From contig NC_042997.1 of NCBI RefSeq assembly GCF_006345805.1, positions 188,542,001 through 188,606,000 on the forward strand: DNA of 64,000 nt, written 5' to 3'. The translations under genes and the position numbers were made by a program. The notes under the pieces are model-generated. The model was not told the origin of the DNA and did no database searches. It saw only the letters and a program-made list of their open reading frames with translations. The DNA is from Octopus sinensis (taxonomy: Eukaryota). Below, piece by piece: positions 24,801 through 37,283 of the stretch; the stretch's first letter is position 1, and every line of letters starts with the position of its first letter.

Positions 24801-26549
24801 CATGAAGTGAGTTTGTTTAAAACAAAGTCACTTTGTAAACACTACTAACATCCTTGAGAAAGGTGTAAACATCACACAAAACTCATTCTCCTCTTTGATA
24901 AAAATATAGTAAATGGCCTGAGATCTATAGAGAAAAGGAATGAGTTTCTACATTTCATAACATGGTTCCTTAAATTCATAGTGGCATATGATAACAAATA
25001 TAAAAATAATAATACTATTTGACTACTAATGTAACATTCTATGATGCAATAGTGATAATTATAAAACTTCTAATTATGATGAAGGTACAAAGCCCTAGGT
25101 TTATAGAAAAATATAATATTTATCTTTTCTAAAGAGTATTTGAAATCAATTGATATTCAAAACCAGCTCCCAGACTTGGTCTTGCCGGCATGACATTGAA
25201 CAGTAAAATGTTCAACTTCAATTGTATTTCAGAATGATAAAACATCATAACATTTAATCAGCACCAACTCTTTCATTGTTTCAACAATTACATAAAACAA
25301 TCCAATCAAAAATGACCAATTTTTAATATAAATCCAGCTCAAAGATTTCAATATACATTCACTGCAGATTGCCATTTTCTTTACACAGAACAAACCAATG
25401 CAGGTTACAAATCACAGAATATTTACTAATCTCAGAATGTATATTCCCAAGAGATAATTTTGTTCTGGGTGGCAATCATCTTTGGAAATGGTGACATAAC
25501 AGACAATATCCTTTAAAAATACTTCATTGAATGAAATGTAGGCATCATATTAATCAGTCAATTTATGAATGAAATTGTAAATAATATAAGATAATGAGTT
25601 TAATTATTTCATTACTAAATCACTTTGATATATTAACAATTTGCTTCAATTTAGCTCTATTGTCATGCTTAATATTTACAAGGCCTTTTTTACTGGGACA
25701 ACAGTAAATATAAGCATATTTTTGTATAACTTCTTTGCTGTTTTCTTCTAGTTTGAACGATAAATATTTATTATTAATGTTTAGGAAATTATGGGGGAAA
25801 AAAGATAAATACATAAAAATAAATAGTTTGATGCAGTAACTAGAATGTATTTACTGCTGTCTGTAATGACACAAAATATCTGATTTGTTCTGTTTCAGTT
25901 TTCTTTCATTGACTAAATATCCAGTAAACTAAGAGTATTAATTAGCTTATAGTCATCTAATGATATGTAAAACATTCCCCTGTAAGTTTCTGTTCCACCA
26001 TCTCCTCGTTGCTTAATTAGCTTGACAGATCAATATTATCCTCTCTTGTTTGCCTGCCATTTCTGTTTTCCTCATCCTTCCTGCTAACTAACCTTGCTAG
26101 ATCAACATCATACTCTATTATTGACAATGGTGATGTATTGGAAACCTCTTTATGTATGCATTCAGTTGTACACAATGCAGTCCAATACGAAAATAATTTT
26201 CACTTCATTCATTTCCTACATCCCTTAACTCTGCCTAATGTTTAATGTAGAAGTGAATAAATTCGTAGCTTTGTATATCATAGCAAGCATATCACACTGG
26301 CAACTCTGGACAAACGCTTAACCCTTTCTTTCTTCAGCTTAAATAGCTGGAAATTAAGAACTGAGGTATTTATGGCAGTACATCAGACTAGACAGGACAA
26401 CTGATAAGTAATTCTGTCATTCGTTGTTTCCTGTTTAAGTTGATTTATATTTTAGTCTTCTTGAATTGAAACATACCGGGGGGGGGGGGGGGTAAATGGT
26501 TTTAAAAAATGTAGATCAATATACACAAGTGTACTGATTTATAACATTT

Positions 26550-26884
26550 TAAAGCATAGTATCTCTAAATCTATATAAACATTCCACCAGGATTAAATGG
26601 CTTCTTTTCTACCTTGCATCAATCCTATTGAGACCAACCCATCTGAAACTACCCTTAGTTCTATCATACAAACTCCCCTTAGTTCTATCATACAAATTCC
26701 CTGTTTTAAAATGAGCCTTACTTAAAACTTAAAGCATAGTACATCTAAATCTATATAAACATTCCACCAGGATAAATGGCTTCTTTTCTACCTTGCATCA
26801 ATCCTATTGAGACCAACCCATCTGAAACTACTCTTAGTTTTATGATAAAAACTCCCTGTTTTAAAATGAGCCTTACCTAAAACT
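26550..26884. repeat. Tandem duplication, 180-bp offset, with an internal ~24-bp duplication in copy 1
   Basis: taaagcatagta...ctaaatctatataaacattccaccagga starts at 26550 and 26730. Confidence 0.9.
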
Positions 26885-27764
26885 ATCTACAAAAAAAAAT
26901 TCATGCCAATTTATGTTCCAAACACTGGTTTAATACCGAGAATGTTGTTTATTTTAATAAATACTTTGTTACTTTCAAAATTAATTGAAACAAAGACTAT
27001 ATGTCAACAGAAAAATGAAAACAAAAGAGTTAACTGATTGTCATCATTCTAGTATCATCAAAAACAGCAGAGTTATAGAAATCGCATTTTTAAATCCTGT
27101 GCACTACAGGGAAAGCATGAGCCATAGGTTGTTTGTTAGGCCACAGAAATAAAAAGAGATTAAACTAGATTAATAAAATACGATTGAAGTACATGAACCA
27201 TCCATACATATTCAGTTGCACACAATACAAGCAAAGCATTTATGCAGGATTATATTAGAAAAAATAATAAAAACCATGGTAATTTCGAAACAAGTTAACA
27301 TAATGATAACCTTTTGTTAAATAGGATTTTAATTGTTTTCAATTCATTTTCTAATATCTTTTTTCTTGTTTGTTCAAAACATACAAATCAAACAAATGAT
27401 AGATCTGTTTTCATTTTTAACCATTTTTAACCACTCATGTAATTTTTCTCCAGCATGTTAACAAGCAAATTAGACACTATTCAAAAGTAGATACAAAACA
27501 GCTGATGAAGTATTAGACTCTCTGCTCATAGGTTTTTAATTCCATTTCAGATGTTTTATCACATTTCTAGGCAGAATACTACATTCTATACTGCCTCAGT
27601 TCATTTCATTGTTGAGTATAGGTATGATATCATTTGGAACTGTTACTTGTACTAGATGGGCATCCTATCCAATGGGAGATTTATCTTGTCAGTTTTATGC
27701 AATTAAACTGAAGCTAAGCATTTATCCTTGAAAGTTCATTGGGATTTATCTTTTTATTTTTTTA

Positions 27765-28105
27765 CTTGTTTCAGTCCTTGGACTGTAGCCATGCTGGGTG
27801 GGGCATGGCCTTCAACGGTTTAATCAAGCAAATCAATCCCATTTCTTGTTCTATCAGTCTATTTTGGGAAACCACTAAGTTAAGGGAACATAAACAAACT
27901 AACACCAGTTGTCAAGCAGTGGTTGGGGGAACACACAAATAAATACACCTGCATATATGCAGTGGTGGTGGACAAACACAAAGATGCACACAAACACATA
28001 TATATATGTATATGTACACGTGTGTGCATGCATGCGTGCTTATGCATGCACGCAGTGGAGGTTTGCCCAGAACTATGTGGTTGGTTAGCAAGCTTCTTAC
28101 CACAC
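27765..28105 (-). mobile_element. CORE-type SINE with internal deletion
   Basis: tttacttgtttcagtc...accagttgtcaagcag...cttaccacacagtcac. Confidence 0.75.
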
Positions 28106-30904
28106 AGTCACTTCTGCACGTATATATGATGTTTCGTTCTGAAAATCCTCTTTCTGTGAAATTTTCTTTCTCACTATCTTATATTTGCACTAAATACTAA
28201 CCTCCAAAATTTCAAAATCTGTATGAACTGCCCTCATTCTCTCATACATCTTCCCAAATTTTACAGCCTGAAAAGGCCATTGCTAGGGTTTAAGGGACAA
28301 TAAATACCCTTATAGTTCAAATATAGCAACATTACCAACAACAAAATGTTAAGTATCTTTTTCTTGAAGTTCAAGTAGAAATTTTGTTTCAACCAATTTA
28401 TGGTTTACAGATTTCATTATGATACAGTAAATTAATAATCTGTAGAACAAGAAAAGCAAGTTTACAATCAGGAAACAGCTACATTTCAATTTACTGAGCA
28501 TGAGTAAATTATATATAAAAAACTACTAAATGTGTGTGTGTTTGTGCATGTGTATTTGTTTTGCTGAATAAAAAAAAAATGACATCATAGTGCTTTAACC
28601 CTGAGTTATTATCTACATTAAAACATTCAAACACTAGATATTTTATTCTAAGATACAGATGAAATTCAAAGTAAAAAAAACAAAAAAGAGTGCTAGAGGA
28701 AATATCTCTCACAGAATTAATTTGCATATTTACAAAAAACAAAAAAAAAAACGTATTTTCTTTACTGATGTTTCTGAAGATTGTGCATCTTCAGCCTATC
28801 AGCCTGACCAACCAAGTGAAACTACAGTATTTTACACTGTCAACAATCTCTTGTTTATTTTTGTTTACACTGTCCTTATTCATATCATAAATGCTCAAAG
28901 ACACTCTTTGAAGTGCTCTTCGCATCATACATGTCTGCATAATGAAAGTTACTTAAATCACAAACGCTGTATCATTAAATTCAGAAACTGAAAATCTCTT
29001 GACACAGCATCTTAAAACATTTTAATATGGGCAAACTCTAGCACAAGATAATTTTACATAATTTTCTATATTTACTTTGAAATTGTTCTTATTTAATATG
29101 ATTCCAAAAAATTACAAAATATTTTTCGCTGACAGTTTGTATACAATTTAATATATATAAAATATATACAACACAGCATAACATCTGAATCCTCCAAATA
29201 ACTTTAAATTGAAAATTTTCAAGAATATCATATAACATTCGACCCTAGCGTTATCACAAATTTTACATAAAATAACGAACTAATCATAAATATGGTGCAA
29301 CATAACATGCTAAATACTTAAACACCCATTCTTCTCTTACACATAAGGAGAAATATTGAGGGAAAAAGAGAAAAAATAGAAAAAGATAAAGAAATGTCTT
29401 ACATAGCAAACATACAGGACTGCTTCTACTTCTGATAAAATCTCATGATATTCTTACTTATTGAATTAGAGCTATATTCAAAACTTAATTTCCACAAATA
29501 TAAGCAATGATCTTTAACACATTGTATTCAAAACATTGATATGACATGAGGGGATGGCTGCGAGATAAAATATCAAATTTAAGTTCACTGGAATTGAAAG
29601 GTTATCCGGAAGCATATAGAATAAATAAAAACCAACAAAAGCAGTCAATACCATGCATGATGGAGATTTGTTTTCATGTGCGTTGTTGAAGCAAGCACAA
29701 TTACACTCTATTCATCCAGGTAGATATTAAGCCTCCATAAGAATGAATAAATGTATGTATACACAAATCTAGTTCTATATATACATATATACGTACATAC
29801 ACACATGTACATATATTACAACACACATGTATACAAGCATGTTTTTATATATTTATACACACACACAAGTATGTATATAAACATATATATATATATACAT
29901 ACATATATACACACATACGTATATATACATATTTATATATATATACATGGCTTTCTTCAATGTTATTCCAGTTCTCTGATGAAGCAAATTACCAAAGCAG
30001 ATGAGTATTCCAGAGATACTTGTACTCTTAAGGTGATCCTTAATCTGAATAAGTGTGGCACAGCATGTGGCAAGGCTGAACCCTTTTGGATTACAGGTAA
30101 AGTCCATATGGCAAGCTTCCAGAGTTGCCATCCACCTAATTTCATTCACAAGGTTTAGGCTGACTTGGGGCAATGGTGACAGACACTTGCCTAAGATGCC
30201 ACTGAATGGAATGAAACCTGGAATCTCGTGACTGCAAAAAGTGCATTTTAATCATTTCGTCACGCACACACACACATGTGCATATATGTAATATAAACAC
30301 AGCAAACATCAATACACATGCATACTCACAAACATACAGATGCATGATATGCACATGCATGTTGAGTAGGAATGGTGTAATTTCACAATGATAGAAAGAG
30401 ATGACACAAGGGCAGCTCTGACTTAAAAAAAGGAAAGAAAACCGAAAACTATGTTGATCAGAAAGAACTCCAGAGTTATTTACAAGTTCAAAACCTCCTT
30501 GCTTTATTATACATTTTTTTTTTGTACTAAGTTAATGAAGCTTCAAATCAATAACAGGCAACGGCATATTTTGTTGAAAGATAATGAGTTACAACTTCCA
30601 TCAGATATAGACAATTAGATATTAGCCTTCCTGTATTAATCATGCTAATATTTTATTTATGTTTGTCTCCGTGTCTTAATTTCTCTAATATTTGCTTTCA
30701 ATTATTAAGGCTGTCAATAGATTTTGACAAAAACAAATTTAATCAAATAAGACCTCTTCAAAACAAATAATTTCAATAAATGAAATTGAATTTTTACAGA
30801 ATTTTTTTTTTCTTTTTCCTTTTTTTAATTTTTTTTTTTTTAAATTCAAATTTCTTTCTTGAAAAAGAATTATTGATTAAAATTTAAATAGAAATTTTAC
30901 TCAC

Positions 30905-31010
30905 CAGCAGATTTTGGGGTAAATTTGTCTCGATGTGCAGCACAAACTGCTAGCAGTCTATAGCCCAGCTCCAGGTCGTAGCCAGGTCGTGGAGCAACAC
31001 GGCTAACAAC
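30905..31010 (-). CDS. ZMIZ1: Internal coding exon (106 nt, phase 0 to phase 1) of zinc finger MIZ domain-containing protein 1, N-terminal Zmiz1_N/TPR-like domain
   Basis: Minus strand reads ...ttttctttctttttttctcatttgtttAG|GTTGTTAGCCGT...CCAAAATCTGCTG|GTGAGT. Translation [35 protein letters not shown] is 29/35 identical to human ZMIZ1 aa 59-93 as I recall it ([35 protein letters not shown]). Too short for the ORF track. Confidence 0.95.
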
Positions 31011-31170
31011 CTAAACAAATGAGAAAAAAAGAAAGAAAAAAAACTTGATTAAATCAAAGCATTTTTACGAATTTACTAAATTTACATTACTATTAGGGAA
31101 ATAAAGCAGTTTTAGAACATGATAAAATTTACACACACATGCATGTATGTGCAGCAGACAGCCAGATATA

Positions 31171-31390
31171 CTAGGGATGCTGAAAAGTTCCTAGTTTTAA
31201 AGGTATCACAACGCAAAAGGCCTGGTTGGAGGCCCAACCTTTGAAGTTCTTTTACAGGGCTTAGAAAAACTGAAAGACCACTACAATAGATGTGTGAATC
31301 TAAGAGGGGAATATGTTGAGTAAAATCATAATTAATTGATCCTCTTGTATTTTCTTTTACCCAAAGCCAGGAACTTTTCAGTACCACTAC
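31171..31390 (+). mobile_element. Mariner-derived MITE
   Basis: TA then TIR ctagggatgctgaaaagttcctag / ccaggaacttttcagtaccac. Internal remnant FYRGLEKLKDHYNRCVNLRGEYVE* across a frameshift, like a mariner transposase C-terminus. Confidence 0.75.
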
Positions 31391-31443
31391 ATATATGTTT
31401 GTTCATTTAAAACCTGTTTTCATGCTGGTTTATATTAACTGGA

Positions 31444-31828
31444 TGGGAAGCACTCCGTTGGTTACGACGATGAGGGTTCCGGTTGATCCGAATCAACGGA
31501 ACAGCCTGCTCGTGAAATTAACGTGTAAGTGGCTGAGCACTCCACAGACACGTGCACCCTTAACGTAGTTCTCGGGGATATTCAGCGTGACACAGAGAGT
31601 GACAAGGCCGGCCCCTTGAAATACAGGTACAACAGAAACAGGAAGTAAGAGTGAGAGAAAGTTGTGGTGAAAGAGTACAGCAGGGATCACCACCATCCCC
31701 TGCCGGAGCCCCGTGGAGCTTTTAGGTGTTTTCGCTCAATAAACACTCACAACGCCCGGTCTGGGAATCAAAACCGCGATCCTATGACCGAGAGTCCACT
31801 GCCCTAACCACTGGGCCATTGCGCCTCC
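31444..31828 (-). mobile_element. Young tRNA-derived SINE (head A + tail Y), 10-bp TSD
   Basis: Minus strand starts ggaggcgcaatggcccagtggttagggcagtgg. CpGs intact. attaactgga occurs at 31434-31443 and 31829-31838. Confidence 0.92.
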
Positions 31829-32221
31829 ATTAACTGGACACTTATTCAAGGAATTGATTTACACCTGGATACCATCCTTGTTGCTAACCCATGACTATTT
31901 TCCAAAGTAAAGGGTTTTTTTTTTTATTACTCCAGTGTTCAGATGTGCAGTGTTGCAGAATATACTGTCCACAGAGAATGTAAACACAACATCTTTATTT
32001 TTAATTCAGCTGTTCTTATGCAAAGACACAGAAATATTAACATTCATGCATGCATGTGTGCACACAAAATAATTTCCCATTGCATGGGAAATTGTTAAAA
32101 AATCTTCATCTTCTAAAAGTAGCTCAGTTGTGAAAAGACTTGCACTGAAATATCTATTTAGGCTTCCAGAAAAATTTAGATAAAGTTAAGAGGCCCACAC
32201 AAAATCACAGCACCAAGGTAA

Positions 32222-32538
32222 AGGTGAAGACTCCCTTCGGTCATGAACAACCATGAGATCACAGCTAGAATGTTACTGTCCGAGGCACAAGTCCTGGCAG
32301 TCGCTCATGCATACATACCAGCCTCCCCTCTCTATGCTATTGATGTTATCCAAGGGAAAGGCAAAAGCCGATACCGCTTGGCACCAGTGGTGTTGCAACT
32401 CATTTCTACAGGTGAGTGAACTGGAGCAATGTGAAATGAAGTGTCTTGCTCAAGAACACAACACACAACACAGTCCAGGAACCCAACTCTGCCTCATGAT
32501 TGTAGACCCAATGCTCTAACCACTGAGCCATGCACCTT
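32222..32538 (-). mobile_element. tRNA-derived SINE (head B + tail W)
   Basis: Reverse complement has gcatggctcagtggttagagc and ttcttgagcaagacacttcatttcac, then a tail unlike tails X, Y or Z. Confidence 0.7.
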
Positions 32539-33087
32539 CATATGTAATATATCAACTCTGGAGTGCCCTATTTTCTCTGTAAATTATAGGTAATATAAAA
32601 TGTGACCTAATAACAAGTTAAAGAATACCATGCATATAAACAACTATAAGGTGGGGGGATGGAATTTCTTTTTTATTTTGGTTAACTGAAATAAATAAAG
32701 TGTTGAGCTGTGCTTAGAATTTGAACCAACAACTTTTAGGCTAGTAGTTTTAGCCATTCAACTTCCAAAACATTTCCCCAAAACAGCAGTTTACTTTAAC
32801 AAGTCAATCTCCACATATCTTAATAATTGTCACTACACTTATTTAGACTGAAAGTTAAAAATAAACAGAAAACTTTATGTGACTTGGTTAAATATTTTGT
32901 CATTTTTATAAACATTCGTCTTGTTAGAATATCAACATGTCCATCTTTCAATCTTCTATCACTACTACTGACTTAAGTTTACAAGTATCACTAACACTCA
33001 TTTTAAAAGATGATATTTGTTTGCTGTTTTAGGGTTTTTTTTTTTTGTAGGGGGTGGGTTAAACAAATAGAAAGCATAGAGGCTTTC

Positions 33088-33546
33088 GATCTTTTCGGTT
33101 TGAATGGCAGTTTTTTCTAGCGGTGCCATATGAAATTGTCACCCATAATTATGACCCTAGAATTGATCTATTGCATTTCAATCTCTTTTAGGGTTGGAGT
33201 TAGGGTTAGTTAGGGTTAATTAGAGTTAGGGTCAGGGTTAGGGTTAGGGGTGGGGGAAGGGTATCTTTTTTTCTTCACAAATGTAAATAAACCCAATCTG
33301 TTTCTTAAACGAGGGACAAATTCATACGGCACAAAATATTTTTTGCCTCAATAGATGTCAGTAATTGGTTGAAATTGCAGAAATTGAAGAAAAAAAACAA
33401 CAAATATCTTACAAACTATAGAATTTTCTCAATAAAGCCAACAGAAAAAGATGTTTTATAAACACATTCTACCAGTATACGAAGTTTAAAAGTGTTTAGT
33501 TACATAGAAATTATGTTAAAAACTGCCGTTCAAACCGAAAAGATCC
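33088..33546. mobile_element. Non-autonomous TIR element with telomere-like repeats, copy 2 (inverted relative to copy 1)
   Basis: Termini gatcttttcggtttgaatggcagttttt / aaaaactgccgttcaaaccgaaaagatcc. Internal array of TTAGGG variants. Confidence 0.9.
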
Positions 33547-35041
33547 AGGGTTTTTTTTATTGGGGGTGGGTTAAACAAATAGAAAGCATAGAAGCTTTTA
33601 TTTCAGCTTTTTCACTAAAGTATCTAACTTTATTCCACTTCCTTAATATATGGTAGAGTGGCTTAAGTAAATTAACATCAACTGAAAATATTAAATTAAC
33701 GTTTTCTGTTATAAATTGTAACATTAAATATATAGCATTTAAGAATTAATTCTTGTTACTTTTGTTGAATAAGAATTAATTTCAAATACCTGTCTCTAAC
33801 CAACAATGATAGGAGAATTAGAGAGGAACATTACATTAATACTGAAATTCTCTTTAGAACAAGACTTGACAAGTTTCAACTATGGTGTTAGTTTCCAGAG
33901 TTAATTATCATAACTATAGCAGGTAGGTAGGCCTGTAGGCAGCTTAGAATATCAAAGTAAACAGTTTAACAGGAAGAAAAAAGAAAGTAACAAAGTTTGT
34001 TTTGGTAGCAGTAGTGGTAGAGAGATAATGAGTGACCACAGAAATAGCTTTTGTTCTAAGGTCACCTTCCTATTTTGTCACTGACTTAATTTAGTGAACA
34101 CACTTTTGGTGGATCTAGAACAGTAAAATGACTTGCAAAAACAGAAAAAAGGAAAAGGAAGAAGAAAAAATTACAAAACAAAAGACAAGCTACAACTAAT
34201 GTTAATAATCTTAAATTAATGATACAAAAATAAATCCCACACTGATAATGTACTTTCCATTCTTATTATTCTTTATGGATATTATGCATATAGGTAAATA
34301 TATAGACACACACACATGGATATACTAAATTAAAAAAGTTAAGTTTGTTATAAAATATTTCACCAGTGAAACAAGAAACAAGAAGGACTTGTTGAAGGAC
34401 TTCAATCTTTTGTTTGCTTTGGCTTGAAGTTTTCAAAAGAAAAAAATTAACAGGCTTTTTATTGCACTTGAAAACCATGTGAATATTAATATAAAAGTAA
34501 TAAACATGTGATTTATCTGAAAGATTTTATCATGTAACTGCTTAAATAAAGCTATTTCAGAATCATTTGTTTTTTTTGGGGGGGGGGGGTTTGTGCTATT
34601 CAACATAATAACAACTATGACAATGTTTAATTAGTAAAGTGCTTTTATTCAATTAGAACAGAAATCTTTATCATAGTAGTCTGTGAAATAATAAATTAGA
34701 TATGCTTAGTATATTCCCAAACAAAAGCCTTTTTGATATCCTGACAAATTACCATGACTTAAAACAGGATCATCAGTTATCTTGAATGCTTAACAGTGTA
34801 TAAAAACATATCAATTAAAATGTTTAATTTGAAGGGCTATAACATCAGCTAGCATAAAAATAAAATAAGAATACAAGCAAATAATTTAATAGTGAATAAA
34901 ATATTGTGTCCATTATAATAAACTTAATTGAAGGTTAAATTACATTTAATGTCGCAATGCATAAGTATAAACCACAGGAACTGAAAAAACATCTTAAACT
35001 TAGAGTATATAAATGGATAGTCAATTCTGTATAAAGAAAGT

Positions 35042-35233
35042 ATAACCCTTTAACATTTAAAATGACCATATCCAGCCTCTCATACCAACCTGAAAATGTC
35101 ATTCAGAAAATAAACAATCACAGCATTGAAATCTCAAACCTTTGAGATAATGCATTATTCATTCAAAATGATAAAATGATGTGAATATATAAGCATTACA
35201 TTTGACAGACTAATCTAAATGCTAAAGGGATAA
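35042..35233. mobile_element. TTAA MITE, same family as 3008, internally deleted
   Basis: Termini ataa-ccctttaacattt ... aatgctaaaggg-ataa. Confidence 0.7.
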
Positions 35234-35594
35234 ACAAAGTTTGGACAAATTGATATAATTTAAGTCTGAAAATAGATACAAAGTAAATAATACAGGAGAG
35301 CAAACATCCTTTGTAGGGTAACAACAACAGCAAAACAAGAGTCAAAGGATAAAGACAAGTCATAACTTTTAACATTTTTTTTCAAGAATAGCAAACAAAT
35401 ATTAAGACTGATAAAAGGTTGTTTTGAAATTTTAAGTTTTTGCTTGAGTTTAAAACTTTCTATGCTGTTTCAAGGGTGACTGGAAATGTTTAGAAAGTCA
35501 TCGTTGATGAATCACTCAAAATTGAAAAACAAATTCCCACTGGCAGTTACAGGTATGAGTTTTATGTGCGATGGTTACATTATTCATCAATAAC

Positions 35595-35748
35595 AGACCC
35601 TCAATCTTAAACAAAACTTAAACCAAATAGAAAAATTAAGATCTTATAGCAATCTGAACTATAGACAAGTAAGATCCTCAATCTTAAACAAAACTTCAAC
35701 CAAATAAAAAAATTAAGATCTTATAGCGATCTGATTTGTAGACAAGTA
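35595..35748. repeat. Tandem duplication, 2 x ~77 bp
   Basis: cctcaatcttaaacaaaactt starts at 35599 and 35676. Confidence 0.85.
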
Positions 35749-36399
35749 TTAGAGCAGCACCTTATTGCCTTCTCCACTGGAGGAGTTGAAATCAACAATG
35801 TAAGTTAAATAAAACACTTGTTAGTGTTACATTAACAGTTCTGTTACTCCAGGTTTATGCTTGTTTGCAGTATCTATTTACAACTGGGAGAGCTGAGTTA
35901 GGGAGCATTTAAGTGTTTTTGCTCAAGCCAATATTTCAACCAGTCAATTCTGCCAACTGAACCAGCTAACATTTGTTACAGAATAATCGAAATTTAAAGT
36001 TAGTGTAGCAATAAATGGTCTGGAACAAGGAAATGTGGATAGACAGATGGATTCTTTGGCATACCTGTTATATTTAACCAATGACTGTAACAAAGAATGT
36101 GTTTTTAAGGTGTGGAGCAGTAATACACACACACACTCTCTCTCTCACTCTCTCTCCTCCTCTCTCTCATTCTCTCTCTTCTCCTCTTTCTCCCCTCCTC
36201 CTCTCTCTCTCGTCATAAATCTGCTGAAGGATAATGTTAAAGATTAAGTGACTGAACTATGTAAACAGAGGTAAAATAAATCAAGTGCAAACAGAAGATC
36301 TTCATATATGAAGCATTGGTGATACAAGTAAAAGTTCAAGAACCTAAATCACTAATATATTGAACCTCTACATACCCTAACATTGCAGCAAATAAACAA

Positions 36400-37035
36400 A
36401 CAGGGCAAGTAAAGTTCCAGAGATCCATGGACGAGTTCTCTCCAGCAGTCTTTGCCCCTCATCATTGCTGTCATGTCCTGTGTCTCCCAGAGGCCAGTGT
36501 CTGTCCTTAGGGCATCAACATATGTCATCCTCAGTCTCCCTCTTCTAGTGTGTCCGTGTAGGGGCTCCCACAGGAGCACTGAGTGTAGTATCAACTCTGA
36601 ATGACGGTGAGCATGTCCAGCTAACCTCAGTCTCCTGTTATTTTTGAGCTGTCTATTGGGAGGTTCTTGTACAGCTCTGAGTTCTTCATCCTCAATGTAC
36701 ACTGATTAATGTTCAGAGCCATCCTCAGTATTCTCAGTCAGCGCCCATCCACCATCTGAGTGAGTTTCTTGGTCAGTGTCCACATCTCAGATCCATACAA
36801 CAACACAGGCTCCATTACAGCAACGAAGAGATGGGTCTTCAGGTCTTTATGAAGGTCCAACTTCCATACAGATCTCAAACTGTAGCATCCCACCCAAGCT
36901 TTGCTCTTCCTCTCAACTATATTACCCTCTGTGTTCCCAATCTTTGCCCCCAGATACAGAAAGTCCTCAACCAACTCCAGTGGCTTCCTGCCTACATTCA
37001 TAATCATCTCTGGCTTCTTAATATTCTCTACCAGA
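36400..37035 (-). mobile_element. 5'-truncated non-LTR retrotransposon (RTE/RTEX-like), RT C-terminal half, frameshifted
   Basis: LELVEDFLYLGA, EPVLLYGSEMWTLTKKL, LRLAGHAHRH, LLWEPLHGHTRRGRLRMTYVDAL. Confidence 0.85.
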
Positions 37036-37053
37036 TACTCTGTCTTAATTTCA

Positions 37054-37106
<53 letters not shown>

Positions 37107-37108
37107 AT

Positions 37109-37283
37109 CGTTAGCCACTACACACATTTTTTTCTCTCCTTGTTTTTTCTGTGTCCCTTTCTGTAGAAGAGCATAGGCTCGAAACGTAAAAGATTTTTTC
37201 AATTCCTGAGTGTTATACTAATACATCTGTTTGTTTTGTACACCACCTGTCTTCGTCTTTTGCTTTTTTCATAAACTCTCCCT
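37109..37283 (+). mobile_element. Penelope-like terminal repeat fragment with a degenerate minimal hammerhead motif
   Basis: cttt-CTGTAGA-A-gagc(atag)gctc-GAAAC-GTA-aaag at 37157-37192, between (TA)n tracts. Confidence 0.5.

Noticed and set aside
1-30904. Next ZMIZ1 exon (expected ALLxxWCEEL...)
   Set aside because: No matching minus-strand codon pattern with splice sites found by eye. A diverged exon cannot be excluded without tblastn.
30972-30991. 9-nt direct repeat ACGACCTGG inside the ZMIZ1 exon, read in two frames
   Set aside because: Short enough to arise by chance given the constrained protein sequence.
33190-33260. TTAGGG repeats as a true telomere or chromosome fusion site
   Set aside because: Short, degenerate and internal to a TIR element present twice in the window.
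35778-35790. 13-nt match to the reverse complement of miR-1175 as recalled
   Set aside because: Seed region does not match and there is no hairpin.
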